DNA of 64,000 nt. It comes from an uncultured Gemmatimonadaceae bacterium. GTDB lineage: Bacteria; Gemmatimonadota; Gemmatimonadetes; Gemmatimonadales; Gemmatimonadaceae. Positions 44,901 to 57,343 of this stretch are shown here, one piece after another; positions within the stretch are counted from its first letter, which is position 1; every line of letters starts with the position of its first letter. Both the position numbers and the translations under genes were made by a program. The notes below the pieces were generated by a model that did no database searches, was not told the DNA's origin, and worked only from the letters and a program-made list of their open reading frames with translations. Location: assembly GCA_963740355.1 (NCBI GenBank), contig CAVUDW010000003.1, positions 2,304,001-2,368,000 on the forward strand, read 5' to 3'.

Positions 44901-45545
44901 ATGATGAAGATCGAGATCTGGTCCGACATCGCCTGCCCCTGGTGCTTCGTCGGCAAGCGCCGATTCGAGCAGGCACTGGCCGACTTCCCGCAGCGTGACG
45001 AGCTCGAGATCGTCTGGCGCAGCTTCGAGCTCGATCCCAATGCCCCGTTGCGGCAGGAAAAGCCGCACGCGGAACTGCTGGCGTCGAAGTACGGGTTGTC
45101 AGCGACGAAGGCGCAGGGAATGCTCGACACCATGACGGCGACCGGCGCCGTCGAGGGGATCGCATTCCGGTTCGATCGCGCGATCAGCGGCAACACCTTC
45201 GACGCCCATCGCCTGATCCACTTCGCCGCTTCGCACGACAAGCGCGCCGCGATGGTCGAGCGCCTCTTCACGGGCTATTTCACCGAAGGCCTGGCAATGA
45301 GTGATCACGACACCCTCATTCGCCTCGCGACCGACGTCGGACTCGACACCGACGCGACCCACACCATGCTCGCCACCGAGGCCTTCGCCGCCGATGTTCG
45401 CAGCGACGAGCAACGCGCACAGCAATTCGGCATCTCCGGCGTCCCCTTCTTCGCCATCGACGAAAAATACGGCATCTCCGGCGCCCAGCCCCCCGCCGCC
45501 ATCACCGCCGCACTCACCGAAGCCTGGTCCGAACGCACCGCCTGA
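44901..45545 (+). CDS. DsbA family (FrnE-like) oxidoreductase
   Basis: WSDIACPWC, SFELDP, GISGVPFF and SGAQP. Confidence 0.92.
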   Translation: MMKIEIWSDIACPWCFVGKRRFEQALADFPQRDELEIVWRSFELDPNAPLRQEKPHAELLASKYGLSATKAQGMLDTMTATGAVEGIAFRFDRAISGNTFDAHRLIHFAASHDKRAAMVERLFTGYFTEGLAMSDHDTLIRLATDVGLDTDATHTMLATEAFAADVRSDEQRAQQFGISGVPFFAIDEKYGISGAQPPAAITAALTEAWSERTA

Positions 45546-45591
45546 ACAGCGAATCGTAGGCTTGCTGAACTGCGCCTCTGCGATTCGCTGT

Positions 45592-46443
45592 TCACCGACC
45601 AGAAAGTGCCGAGATGTCAGTCGGCGGACGCTGCGCGATGATGTCGGAATGTCGCAACTGTACCAGTGGCGTCATCTCGCTGTGCGGCAGGATGTAGAAC
45701 CGCCCATCGTCGATCGCCGCGAACGTGATCGCGGCGATGTCGGGCGCCGTCAGCCGACCGGATTCCACTGATTTCGACGCTGCATCCTGCGCTGCCCGCT
45801 GCGATTGTGTCGGCTCGGTGGCGTTCTTCAGCGCTGCCGGACGATTGCGATCGGAATGTGCGATGCCCGTCGGCACGAAGCCCGGGCACAACACCGACAC
45901 ACCGATCTTCGAGTGAATGATGCGCAAGTCGTTGTACAACGTCTCGCTCAACGCCACCACCGCGTGCTTCGAGACATTGTACACGCCCATGTTCGGCGGG
46001 CTCAACATCCCGGCAATCGATGAGGTGTTCACGATGTGACCCGGTTCGCCATGCGCGAGCATCAGCGGCGTGAAGATCCGGATACCGTGAATCACGCTCA
46101 TCAGGTTCACGCCCAGCACCCACTCCCAATCCGCCGGCGTCGACTCCCAGACGAATCCACCAACCGCGACGCCCGCATTGTTGAACAACAGGTGTACCGC
46201 ACCAAACGCGGCCATCGTGGCGTCGGCCAGCGCCTGCAACTGATCACCGCTCGACACATCCGTCGGCACACCCAGCACCTCGGCGCCGGACGCCCGCAAT
46301 TCGCGCACGATGGCTTCGAGGCCAGCGGCATCGATGTCGGCCAGGGCAACCTTCATCCCGCGCGACACCGCCAGTCGTGCGAACTCGCGCCCGAAGCCGC
46401 TCGCGGCTCCGGTGATCACGGCAACGCGACCAGTCAGTTCCAT
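45592..46443 (-). CDS. SDR family oxidoreductase
   Basis: TGAASGFG, NNAG and YNVSK. Confidence 0.93.
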   Translation of the reverse strand: MELTGRVAVITGAASGFGREFARLAVSRGMKVALADIDAAGLEAIVRELRASGAEVLGVPTDVSSGDQLQALADATMAAFGAVHLLFNNAGVAVGGFVWESTPADWEWVLGVNLMSVIHGIRIFTPLMLAHGEPGHIVNTSSIAGMLSPPNMGVYNVSKHAVVALSETLYNDLRIIHSKIGVSVLCPGFVPTGIAHSDRNRPAALKNATEPTQSQRAAQDAASKSVESGRLTAPDIAAITFAAIDDGRFYILPHSEMTPLVQLRHSDIIAQRPPTDISALSGR

Positions 46444-46497
46444 GTCAGTTCCATGTCAGCCCCAATGTCGATCCGCCCCGACGCGTGGTGGTCATCG

Positions 46498-47676
46498 TCA
46501 CGCAAGCTCGAACAGTCCGGCGGCACCCATGCCACCACCGATGCACATGGTCACGACCGCGTACTTCACACCGCGCCGCTTCCCCTCGATCAACGCATGA
46601 CCCGTCAGTCGCTGGCCACTCACACCGTACGGGTGGCCCACTGCAATCGCGCCACCATTCACGTTCAGGATTGCCGGATCGATGCCAAGGGTGTCGCGGC
46701 AATACAGCACCTGCACCGCGAACGCCTCGTTCAGTTCCCAAAGGCCGATGTCGTTCACCGACAAGCCAGCCCGCTGCAACAGTTTCGGTACGGCGTACAC
46801 CGGCCCAATGCCCATCTCGTCCGGTTCGCAGCCTGCAACGGCGAATCCACGGAATACACCGAGAATCGGCGCGCCTCGCTTCTCGGCCGCAGCACGCTCC
46901 ATCAGCACACAGGCACCTGCGCCATCCGAAAACTGGCTCGCGTTCCCCGCAGCGATGGTCCCACCTTCCACCGCCGGCTTGATCTTCGAAATCCCCTCGA
47001 CGGTCGTGTCGCCGCGAATCCCTTCATCGGCGGTAATCGTCACGTCCTTCGTGCTGATCTCGTTCGTCACCTTGTCCTGCACACCCATCGTCGTCGTCAC
47101 CGACACCAGCTCGGCGTCGAACAGGCCTGCATCACGGGCAGCCGCCGCCTTCTGCTGTGACAGCGCGCCGTATTCATCCATGCGATCGCGCGTGATCCCA
47201 TATCGCGCCGCCACCACTTCGGCCGTCTGCAACATCGGCATGTAGATCGCCGGCTTGTTCTTCTTCAGCCACGACTCGTGCAGCATCTTCGTGTTCATGT
47301 CGTTCTGCACGCAGCTGATCGACTCCACGCCGCCCGCGACGAAGATGTCGGCCTCTCCGCTGATGATGCGCTGCGCGGCCATCGCGATCGTCTGCAATCC
47401 TGAACTGCAGAAGCGGTTCACCGTCACCCCGGATACCGTCACCGGCATGCCGGCGCGGATGGCGATCTGGCGCGCGATGTTCATGCCCGTGGCGCCTTCC
47501 GGATTCGCACACCCCATCAACACGTCCTCGACCTCGCCACCCTCGACGCCGGCGCGCACCAGCGCCGCACTCACTGCCGCGGCGCCAAGTGTCGCACCGT
47601 GCGTCATGTTGAAGGCGCCGCGCCATGACTTGGCGAGGGGGGTTCGTGCAGTCGAGACGATGACGGCTTCGCGCAT
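46498..47676 (-). CDS. Acetyl-CoA C-acyltransferase (thiolase)
   Basis: NRFCSSG, NEAFA, GHPYG and CIGGGMG. Confidence 0.95.
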   Translation of the reverse strand: MREAVIVSTARTPLAKSWRGAFNMTHGATLGAAAVSAALVRAGVEGGEVEDVLMGCANPEGATGMNIARQIAIRAGMPVTVSGVTVNRFCSSGLQTIAMAAQRIISGEADIFVAGGVESISCVQNDMNTKMLHESWLKKNKPAIYMPMLQTAEVVAARYGITRDRMDEYGALSQQKAAAARDAGLFDAELVSVTTTMGVQDKVTNEISTKDVTITADEGIRGDTTVEGISKIKPAVEGGTIAAGNASQFSDGAGACVLMERAAAEKRGAPILGVFRGFAVAGCEPDEMGIGPVYAVPKLLQRAGLSVNDIGLWELNEAFAVQVLYCRDTLGIDPAILNVNGGAIAVGHPYGVSGQRLTGHALIEGKRRGVKYAVVTMCIGGGMGAAGLFELA

Positions 47677-47773
47677 CTGGAAAACTCCGGTATGTGTCCG
47701 GCGCGAAGCATACCCGCCGCGTCGGGGCCGCAATAGGTCAGGCCCGTGCCCGGTGCCCGAATGCGCCCCCTGA

Positions 47774-49492
<1,719 letters not shown>

Positions 49493-49507
49493 CGCCTTCG
49501 GTGCGGG

Positions 49508-50429
49508 TCACCGCACCGACGCGTGCAGCAACGGGTGCTCCATTTTCTTCGGCGTGGGGCGCCCGATCACGACGGTGATGTTGTCGGAACCACCCCCATC
49601 CAGCGCGTCCTGGACCAGTGCCTCACACGCCTGCTTGGCTGACGTCATCGTCCGCAAGCGCTCGGCGATCTGCTCATCGCTCACGTGTTTCGTAAGGCCA
49701 TCGCTGCACAGCAGTCCGACGATGTCCCATGACTGTTCCATCCGCGTCACCACCGGCATCGCTTCCTCACCACCAATCGCGCTCGACAGGACGTTGTTGA
49801 GCGGTGAACGCATCGCCTGTGTTCGCGTCAGACACTCCCGCGTCCACGAGATCCTGCACGATGGTCTGGTCGCGCGAGATTTGCGTCAGCGTGTCGTTGC
49901 GGAAGACATAGCAACGGCTGTCACCAACCTGCAGCAGGTACGCGTACGGCCACACCCCGAGCCACAACGTGAGCGTCGTCGCCATGCCGCGCGCTTCCGG
50001 TGGCCCGTCGGCACGCTCCTTCGCGATGTCGCCGTGTACGCGCATGGCGGCGTCTGCGAGCGCGTTGTGCAACTCCGTATCATCGCCCTCTTCCAACCGG
50101 TAGAAGCACTTCGCGCACGCCGAGACGTAGTTGAGGATGCCCTCCACTGCCTGTCGGCTCGCTTCACCGCCCATCAGGCTGCTGCCGACGCCGTCCGCGA
50201 CCACGGCCAGCAGTGCCAGTCGCTCAGTCGTCGACTGGCTTTCAGCCGGCGGAAGACTCGTCTGGTGCACCACCACGTCCCGTCGCAGAGACGAGATCAT
50301 GAAGTGATCCTGATTCTCCGTGCGGACAAGCCCAGTGTGGGTCATCCCGTACACGTCGAGTTCGGAGTCGAGCGGCTTGCGCGCGGCGAGGGTCGTGGTG
50401 CCACTGGTGGCGGCGGTCTCAGCATTCAT
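49508..50429 (-). CDS. PP2C-family Ser/Thr phosphatase, split by a +1 frameshift at about 49832
   Basis: RTENQD, VADGVG and VGDSR in one frame; LCSDGL and GGSDNIT in another. Confidence 0.85.
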
Positions 50430-50514
50430 CGAACGGCGGGGCTCAGGAGAGAATGATTCTCCTGATCATACACTCGCATCACGTTTCCGATGAGTGGACG
50501 AGCGCTCCAGCCGC

Positions 50515-51033
50515 TCAGAAACTGAGCGTGACCACGGCCGTCGGCCCGGCACGCGTGCGGATCACCGCCGCGCGCACTGGCACCTCGAGTCGCTCCCAGC
50601 TTTCGGATTGCACGAGGGCGCCGATGACGACCCCGCTGATGACACCGCCAAGGACCCCTGCCGCAAAGACTTCACCTCGCGAGGCCGAAGTCCCGGAATC
50701 CGAGAACAGGCCCGACAACAGACCGACGCCACCGCCCCACAATGCTCCTTTCATCGCCCCGCGTGAACGGCTCTTGCCTCGACTGATCTCGACCGCCGTC
50801 AGCCGAGAGAGCGGCAGCTGCAACGGCACGCCGTTCTCCGTTGCAATCGACAGCGAATCGGCTGTCCGGCTCATCACCGTACCAGTGAGACGACCGTTGA
50901 TGGATCCCGGCGCACGAATTCGTGCCCGCACGCCAGGAATCAGGTTGGCCAGCTGCGCTTCCGCACGGCTGACCGGGAGCGATAAGGAGGACAAAAGTGC
51001 CAACGCTGCCACCGATACCGATCGTGCGAACAT
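50515..51033 (-). CDS. Exported hypothetical protein with glycine-zipper segment
   Basis: AEA signal peptide, GGAGG RBS, Gly-rich hydrophobic helices. Confidence 0.75.
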   Translation of the reverse strand: MFARSVSVAALALLSSLSLPVSRAEAQLANLIPGVRARIRAPGSINGRLTGTVMSRTADSLSIATENGVPLQLPLSRLTAVEISRGKSRSRGAMKGALWGGGVGLLSGLFSDSGTSASRGEVFAAGVLGGVISGVVIGALVQSESWERLEVPVRAAVIRTRAGPTAVVTLSF

Positions 51034-51189
51034 CCGCGCCTCCCTCGTATGTGTGATCCATACATGCAGTGGATCATCTCATCGGGGTGTCGGGTGATGC
51101 CGCACACGCTGGTCCGCCATGTTCCGTCAGTGCGTGACCAGCGCGTACTCGCTCCAACGGGGCCAACGCGATCGCGCCGGCCGGCGGCG

Positions 51190-52575
51190 CTACCGCGGTA
51201 CCGGCCCCGCTGCGGCCAGCCACCGCTGCACCTCGGCCCTGTCGGCTGCCGACATCGCGGGCATGGCATTCATCAGCGACTTCCGCAAAGCCGGATCACC
51301 CAGCACGCGCGCGCGAATCACTGGATCGCGAAGCAGTTGCACCGAAAGCGTTTGAGCGACTGGCGCTGGCGCCATGTCGTGCCCTTCGTGCCCCGTCATG
51401 GGCTTGGCCGCGGTGTCGGGCGCGGCACCATGATCCATCCCCTCGTGCGACATGCCGAGCATCTGGCCCACCTTCATGCCCGTCATCTTCCCCGTCCGAC
51501 GATCGTGCAGCATGACCGCGCCCGCCGTGACCGTTGGTGTCGGAAGCGCCGCCGTGAACCCGACGGATGGCCCGCCCATGTTCTCGACACCCATCGCCGC
51601 CGACATCGTCAGCCAGGCCTCGCGCGTCATGACGTACGATGTGTCATCGCGAAAGCGCTGCCCGGCCAGCACGATCTCGGCGCGCTTCCTGTTCCGCGGC
51701 ACCGATGGATTGGTGAGAATGTCGCTCACCACGTCGTGCATCGAGTGCAGGTTGTCGAAGATGATTGCGGCTTCAGGAAACCGGCGCGCAAACTCCGGCG
51801 AGACCGCGGCAGTCATCGGCATCTGGTACGGGAGCGTCTTCGTCGGGTCCTGCAGCATCTGCCAGAACCGCGCGACGGTCGCGCGCACTCCGGCCTGGCG
51901 ATCGACGCTCGTCTTGCCGACGATCAATGGCTCATACAGCCCAACCTGAAACCAGTGGTATCCCCAGATCAGGCCATTGAACTTCGGGTACTTCTGTCGG
52001 AACGCGAGTGAGTAGGGCTGCTCCTGCATCAGCTCCATGCTCTTCGGCTTGCTGCTGAATGCCAGATCCGGTCGCGTCTTGTAGTACGCGATCAGCCGCA
52101 GCACTTCACGATCGCGTGTCGCGTCATCCAGTCGCTCGTCGGCCAGCACGTCATAGATCTGGCGGTGCAGGATGTGCGACCAGTCGAACATCGCCTTCGC
52201 TTCCGGCGCCAGCTGCGCATACATCGGCTCGATAGCCGTTTCCTCGAGCGGTACCCGCGGTGGCCGCACAAGCACCTGCTTGGTCAGCTGATCGTAGATC
52301 CGCTCTTCCAGCACTGATGCCGCGGCGTTCGGCTTGGTCCATAGCGTTTCGTACAGAATCGCATGCCCGAAGTCGAAGGCGTTGAACAGGCGATCGGCGT
52401 GCTGGTAGTTGGTGCGGAATTGCCAGTTGTGCGGCGCCTGCAGATAAAACGTCTCGAAGGTCGTGACCCATTGCGCTCGCACCGGTGTCGTCAGGCCGAG
52501 GAGAGCGACGGCGGTTGCTAGCACGCGAGTGGTGCGCATACTGCTTTTCAGTGAGCTATTCCTTGTGCTTTTCAT
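51190..52575 (-). CDS. Exported His/Met-rich hypothetical protein (copper cluster)
   Basis: Signal peptide ending VRA; FDFGH, WSHILH, WGYHW and DNLHSMHD; tail MSHEGMDH...GHEGHDM; ATGA overlap with the upstream gene. Confidence 0.75.
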   Translation of the reverse strand: MKSTRNSSLKSSMRTTRVLATAVALLGLTTPVRAQWVTTFETFYLQAPHNWQFRTNYQHADRLFNAFDFGHAILYETLWTKPNAAASVLEERIYDQLTKQVLVRPPRVPLEETAIEPMYAQLAPEAKAMFDWSHILHRQIYDVLADERLDDATRDREVLRLIAYYKTRPDLAFSSKPKSMELMQEQPYSLAFRQKYPKFNGLIWGYHWFQVGLYEPLIVGKTSVDRQAGVRATVARFWQMLQDPTKTLPYQMPMTAAVSPEFARRFPEAAIIFDNLHSMHDVVSDILTNPSVPRNRKRAEIVLAGQRFRDDTSYVMTREAWLTMSAAMGVENMGGPSVGFTAALPTPTVTAGAVMLHDRRTGKMTGMKVGQMLGMSHEGMDHGAAPDTAAKPMTGHEGHDMAPAPVAQTLSVQLLRDPVIRARVLGDPALRKSLMNAMPAMSAADRAEVQRWLAAAGPVPR

Positions 52576-53388
52576 CGTGCACTCCAAGGCAGGCCGAACG
52601 CGTACGCGCCACCCGCAGTTACATACCACGCCTGCGCCGGGCCAGTCAGGTTGCGGCCCACACCCGCATCCATCGCCCACCGCGGCGCCAGTTGATAACG
52701 CACGCCGACTCCCGAATTCCACTCGACATCCTCGGTCACGTCGAGTGGCTTGCGTGCGTAAAGTTCGGCGGTCATGAGGATCGAGCGCAAGGCGATCGCG
52801 CGATCCACGGCCCCACCGGCCACCCACCGCGAAAGTTCGATGCTCTGGGCGGCTGCGCCGATCGGTGCCGACGCACTCGAACGTCACACTTTCGCCGAAC
52901 GTGTACTGCGCATTGAGGTGAAATCGCGCCGCTGGGAACGTGCGCGTCATGATGCCTTTCAGGCTCGGATACGCCCGTGTTGGCCCGAAGCGCCCGACAG
53001 GCAGAAGCACTTCACCCGCCAAGGCAAACGCCGGAATGCGCGTCTCGGTGTTGAGGTTGTAGAGCACCGAGAGATCGACGCCGGACACCCCGGTCGCGCC
53101 GCGGCGCCCACCACGCTCGACATAGGCAACGGGCACGCCGATTTCGATCTGCGCGCGCGGTGCAAAGCCGTATGCAAGCTCTGGCTCGACGCCCCAGGTG
53201 TATGCTCCGCCGCGCGCACGCGAGAGCCGCACCGGCGCGACCTGCAGCTCGAGGCCGCGGCGCTCCAGCGCATACGCATCTTCCATCAGCACCGGTCTTC
53301 CGGCGTCGGTGTTGTAGTAGTCCGTCTGCGCATGCACTGGGACGGCCAGCAACGCGGACGCCATCACTGGCAGGAGTCGTGTTTTCAT
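52572..53388 (-). CDS. Putative outer-membrane beta-barrel/transporter, +1 frameshift at about 52881
   Basis: Signal peptide and alternating beta-strand pattern; the C-terminal strands (GVRYQL...DAGVGR...YAF) are in a second frame. Confidence 0.65.
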
Positions 53389-53729
53389 CGAGTGTGTTTG
53401 TACATGAGGTCGACCAGTTCGTCATACATCGCATCGGCCGACGCACCTTCGGCCTTGATCGCCGCCGTCGCACAATGCTTCAGGTGATTGCGCATCAACT
53501 CTCGCGCCACCGCCCGCAACGCCTCGTGCACCGAGGAGATCTGCATCAGCACGTCGGCGCAGTAGCGATCCTCCTCCACCATCTTCTGGATGCCACGCAC
53601 CTGCCCTTCGATCCGGCGCAGGCGCTTCAGGTTTTTCTCCTTCCCCTCTGCGTCGACGCCAACCGCCTTTCGGCCGCAGTGTGCGTCGACTGGCACGTCG
53701 ACCGCCACCTCTGATTCCATCGCCTCCAT
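53385..53729 (-). CDS. csoR: CsoR/RcnR family copper-sensing repressor
   Basis: RLRRIEGQVRGIQKMVEEDRYC and HLKHC. Confidence 0.92.
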   Translation of the reverse strand: MEAMESEVAVDVPVDAHCGRKAVGVDAEGKEKNLKRLRRIEGQVRGIQKMVEEDRYCADVLMQISSVHEALRAVARELMRNHLKHCATAAIKAEGASADAMYDELVDLMYKHTR

Positions 53730-53837
53730 CCGTTCCTCCAGGTGTGCATTCAAGGCCATGCGATCATGACTGTTGCGCCGCTCAAAGTCGCTGCGCCTTT
53801 TCGTCTCTGCGATTTGCTGTCGCTCTTCCAGCCGTGA

Positions 53838-56300
53838 CTACGCGTTCCGCAACCGAAGTGAGTTCGTGACCACCGAGACGGAACTGAACGCCATCGCCGC
53901 ACTCGCCAGGATTGGGCTCAGCAACACACCGAACATCGGATAGAGCACGCCCGCTGCGACTGGAATGCCGATCACGTTGTACACGAAGGCCCAGAACAGA
54001 TTCTGCTTCATCGTGCGCATCGTGCGCCGCGAGAGCGTGATCGCGCGGACCACGCCGGCGAGATCACCGCGCATCAGCGCAATGTCTGCCGCCTCGATGG
54101 CGACATCCGTGCCGGTGCCGATCGCGATGCCGACGTCGGCCTGCACCAGTGCCGGCGCGTCGTTCACCCCATCGCCGACCATCGCCACCACCGCGCCCTG
54201 CTTCTGCTGGGCCGCCACCGCGTCCACTTTCCCGGCTGGCAGCACTTCCGCGATCACTTCCGTGATCCCCACGGCGCGCGCCACGGCCTGCGCGGTCTGT
54301 GCATTGTCACCAGTCAGCATCACGACCTTGAGGCCGAGCTTCTGCAGCGAGGCAATCGCCGCCGCTGACTCCACCCGCACTGGGTCAGCCACCGCGATAG
54401 CGCCCACCAGTGTGCCATCGACCGCGACGAACACCACGGTCTTGGCATCGGCCACGAGCATCGCGACGCGTGCATCCAGCGCCCCGTCGTCGGTGCCGAA
54501 TTCCTCCATCAGCAGCGACGTACCAATCGCCACGAACTGCGAGCCCACCATCGCCGTCACGCCGCGCCCGGCGTAGGACTCGAATGCGGTCGGCTGCACC
54601 AGCGATAGCCCGCGTTCCTTTGCGCGGCGCACGATGGCACCGGCAACCGGGTGCTCACTCAACTGCTCCACCGACGCGACGATTCCCAGCAGCGAGTCAT
54701 CGCTCAACGGTGAGCCAGGGGCATGTACCACATCGGTCGCAGTCGGACGCCCTTCCGTGATGGTCCCCGTCTTGTCGAGCACGATCGTCGTGATCGAGCC
54801 CGCACGCTGCAGTGCCTCGCCACCCTTGATCAGGACGCCCCCTTCCGCACCACGACCCGTCGCGACCATCACCGCCGTCGGGACTGCCAGCCCCATCGCA
54901 CACGGGCAGGCGATGATCAAGACCGCCACAGCCGCCGCGAACGCACGCACCGAAGCCGCGCCACCCCCAGCGCCAGCGTTCCACAACACGCCGAACCAGA
55001 TCGCGAAGGTGAGCAGCGACAACACGATCACCGTCGGGACGAAGATCGCGCTGATGCGATCGGCCAAGCCCTGGATCGGCGCGCGCGACGCCTGCGCATC
55101 GCGCATCAGCATCATGATCTGCGCCAGCACGCTGCGGCTGCCGAGTGTGGTCGCGCGATAGCGAAATGAGCCGGAGGCGTTGATCGTCCCACCGATCACA
55201 CGATCGCCAGTCGACTTTGCCACCGGCATCGACTCACCCGTCAACATGCTTTCGTCCACGGCACTCGACCCGCTCTCGATCACGCCATCGACCGGCAGCC
55301 GTTCGCCGGGGCGAATCACCACCACGTCGTTCGCGCGCACATCGCGCAGCGGCAGTTCGATCTCTGTCTCGCCGCCTTCGGGCGTCGGGCGCATCACCCG
55401 CGCGGTCGTCGGGCGAAGCGAGGCCAGCGCCCGCAGCGCTGCCGCCGTGCTGCGTGTCGCGCGTGACTCGAACATCCGGCCAGTGAGAATCAACGCGATG
55501 ATGAAGATCACCGCCTCGAAGTACACGTCCGGCGCCACGCCATGCGCGGTGAAGAACGACGGCGTCACCGTGGCCAGCAGCGAATACACGAAGGCCGCGC
55601 CGGTACCGACAGCCACCAGTGTGTTCATGTCCGCTGCACCATGGCGGGCGGACTGCCAGGCGCTGACATAGAACTGCCGTCCCGCCCAGACCATCACGCC
55701 GACTGTCATCACCAGCAACGACCAGGTGATCGTCGCGGTCGGAATCGCATACAGCCAGGGCATCACGGATTGCAGCGTCGGTGACAAGGTGCGCATCACC
55801 CAGCGCATGAACGGATCCGCCACCACGCCCATCCCCGCGTGATCGTTCGATGCCATCAAGGGCATCGACACCACCATCGCGATCGCTCCCGCCACACCAC
55901 TCACGATCGCGCGCAGGCGCAGCGACTCGTATTCGTGTGATGTCGTCGCATCCCGCGCCGCCAGTTGCTCGACGACATCGTCGTCCTTCGCCGGCAGTTC
56001 AGCGCCGTACCCCGTGTCGAGCACGACCTTCACCAGCGCCGCTGGACTCGAGACCGCTGGATCGAACGTGACCGTCGCACTGCCCATCAGCAGGTTCACC
56101 GATGCATCCGTCACACCGGGCGCACGGTTCAGCTGCCGCTGTACGCGACTCTGGCAGGCAGCACACGTCATCCCCGTCACGGGGAGCGTCACGGTCTGTA
56201 CGCCCAAAGGCGCGACAGTCCCCTGCGCTGTCATTCCAGCCGCCGGCTCACTCGGCGACACCGCCGCCGCGTCCATTACATCAGGCATCGGACTTTGCAT
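53838..56300 (-). CDS. copA: Copper-translocating P1B-type ATPase
   Basis: [33 protein letters not shown] and MAFSS. Confidence 0.96.
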   Translation of the reverse strand: MQSPMPDVMDAAAVSPSEPAAGMTAQGTVAPLGVQTVTLPVTGMTCAACQSRVQRQLNRAPGVTDASVNLLMGSATVTFDPAVSSPAALVKVVLDTGYGAELPAKDDDVVEQLAARDATTSHEYESLRLRAIVSGVAGAIAMVVSMPLMASNDHAGMGVVADPFMRWVMRTLSPTLQSVMPWLYAIPTATITWSLLVMTVGVMVWAGRQFYVSAWQSARHGAADMNTLVAVGTGAAFVYSLLATVTPSFFTAHGVAPDVYFEAVIFIIALILTGRMFESRATRSTAAALRALASLRPTTARVMRPTPEGGETEIELPLRDVRANDVVVIRPGERLPVDGVIESGSSAVDESMLTGESMPVAKSTGDRVIGGTINASGSFRYRATTLGSRSVLAQIMMLMRDAQASRAPIQGLADRISAIFVPTVIVLSLLTFAIWFGVLWNAGAGGGAASVRAFAAAVAVLIIACPCAMGLAVPTAVMVATGRGAEGGVLIKGGEALQRAGSITTIVLDKTGTITEGRPTATDVVHAPGSPLSDDSLLGIVASVEQLSEHPVAGAIVRRAKERGLSLVQPTAFESYAGRGVTAMVGSQFVAIGTSLLMEEFGTDDGALDARVAMLVADAKTVVFVAVDGTLVGAIAVADPVRVESAAAIASLQKLGLKVVMLTGDNAQTAQAVARAVGITEVIAEVLPAGKVDAVAAQQKQGAVVAMVGDGVNDAPALVQADVGIAIGTGTDVAIEAADIALMRGDLAGVVRAITLSRRTMRTMKQNLFWAFVYNVIGIPVAAGVLYPMFGVLLSPILASAAMAFSSVSVVTNSLRLRNA

Positions 56301-56535
56301 CAGCCTTCTCGGCGGACGCGATGTTCAGCACGCGACCCTTCACCACGTCGTAGCCTGCGGCGTCGATCGCCGCCTCGACGGCCGACAGTGAGCCCGTCGC
56401 CGGATCGATCGACACCGTGGCCGACCCGATCTGCACCTCCTTCACCGTCACACCCGGCACCGCCACCAACGCCTTCTGCACCGCCGCCACGCAATGCGCG
56501 CAGCTCATGCCGTTGATCTTGATCGTTGTGTCCAC
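56281..56535 (-). CDS. copZ: Copper chaperone (HMA domain)
   Basis: GMSCAHC and AGY. Confidence 0.9.
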   Translation of the reverse strand: MDTTIKINGMSCAHCVAAVQKALVAVPGVTVKEVQIGSATVSIDPATGSLSAVEAAIDAAGYDVVKGRVLNIASAEKADAKSDA

Positions 56536-56558
56536 GACTCCCCCTGTGACTGAATAAA

Positions 56559-56605
56559 ATACCCCCTACTGGTATAAAGCATAATAGGGGTAGGGGGTAT
56601 GTCAA
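56559..56605 (-). promoter_or_regulatory. CsoR-type operator and promoter of the cop operon
   Basis: Inverted repeat ATACCCCCTAC (56559-56569) and GTAGGGGGTAT (56590-56600); TTGACA on the minus strand at 56605-56600. Confidence 0.8.
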
Positions 56606-56658
56606 CTGGCCGACCTTCCCGCTTTGACTCATTTTGCTGAGTCTTTTATACTCATCAC

Positions 56659-56925
56659 ATGACTCAGCGCCTCCAAGTCCTGTTCGATGATGAGGAACTC
56701 GACGAAATCCGGCGCTTCGCCGCGCGTCAGCGAATGACCGTGGCCGAGTGGGTACGGCAGGCGCTGCGCGCCGCACGCGAAGGCGTCGCCGTGACTGAAC
56801 CATCGCGCAAGCTCCTCGCCGTGCGCGAGGCGGCCGCGCGCTACTCGTTCCCCGTCAGCGACATCGAGACCATCAACGCCGAAATTGCACGCGGATACGG
56901 CACCATGTCTGCCGACGAGTCGTGA
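56659..56925 (+). CDS. Ribbon-helix-helix antitoxin
   Basis: MTQRLQVLFDDEE...TVAEWVRQAL; GTGA overlap with the PIN gene. Confidence 0.8.
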   Translation: MTQRLQVLFDDEELDEIRRFAARQRMTVAEWVRQALRAAREGVAVTEPSRKLLAVREAAARYSFPVSDIETINAEIARGYGTMSADES

Positions 56926-57323
56926 TCTTCATCGACTCGAACGTGCCGATGTATCTCGTCGGCGCGCCGCATCGAAACAAGGATGCGACACTTGCATGGT
57001 TGGAGCGCGCCATTCGGGACGGTGAACGCCTCGTCACCGATGCCGAAGTGTTGCAGGAGATCCTGCATCGGTATGTGGTAATCCGACGACTCGATGCCAT
57101 CGCTCCAGCGACTGATGCGCTCCTGCAGCTCGTGAGTGACGTATTGCCCGTCACCCGTCAGAATGTCCTCGCGGCACGCGACCTGATTCTCGACGGTCGT
57201 GGTCGACATTCAGCGCGCGATGCAATTCACATTGCCGTCATGCGCGCACACGCGATCCGCCGAATTTTCAGTTTCGACAGCGACTTCGACGGCGTGCCCG
57301 ACATCACTCGGGAGCCGGTGTAG
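56922..57323 (+). CDS. vapC: VapC PIN-domain toxin
   Basis: IFIDSNV, EVLQEI, RDAIH and SFDSDFD. Confidence 0.9.
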   Translation: MIFIDSNVPMYLVGAPHRNKDATLAWLERAIRDGERLVTDAEVLQEILHRYVVIRRLDAIAPATDALLQLVSDVLPVTRQNVLAARDLILDGRGRHSARDAIHIAVMRAHAIRRIFSFDSDFDGVPDITREPV

Positions 57324-57343
57324 CGCGATCTGGCCGCCTGTCG

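Noticed and set aside
51190..53388. 732-aa fusion protein in the ORF track
   Set aside because: A +1 frameshift near 52881 explains it. A second signal peptide and an ATGA overlap at 52572-52575 indicate two genes.
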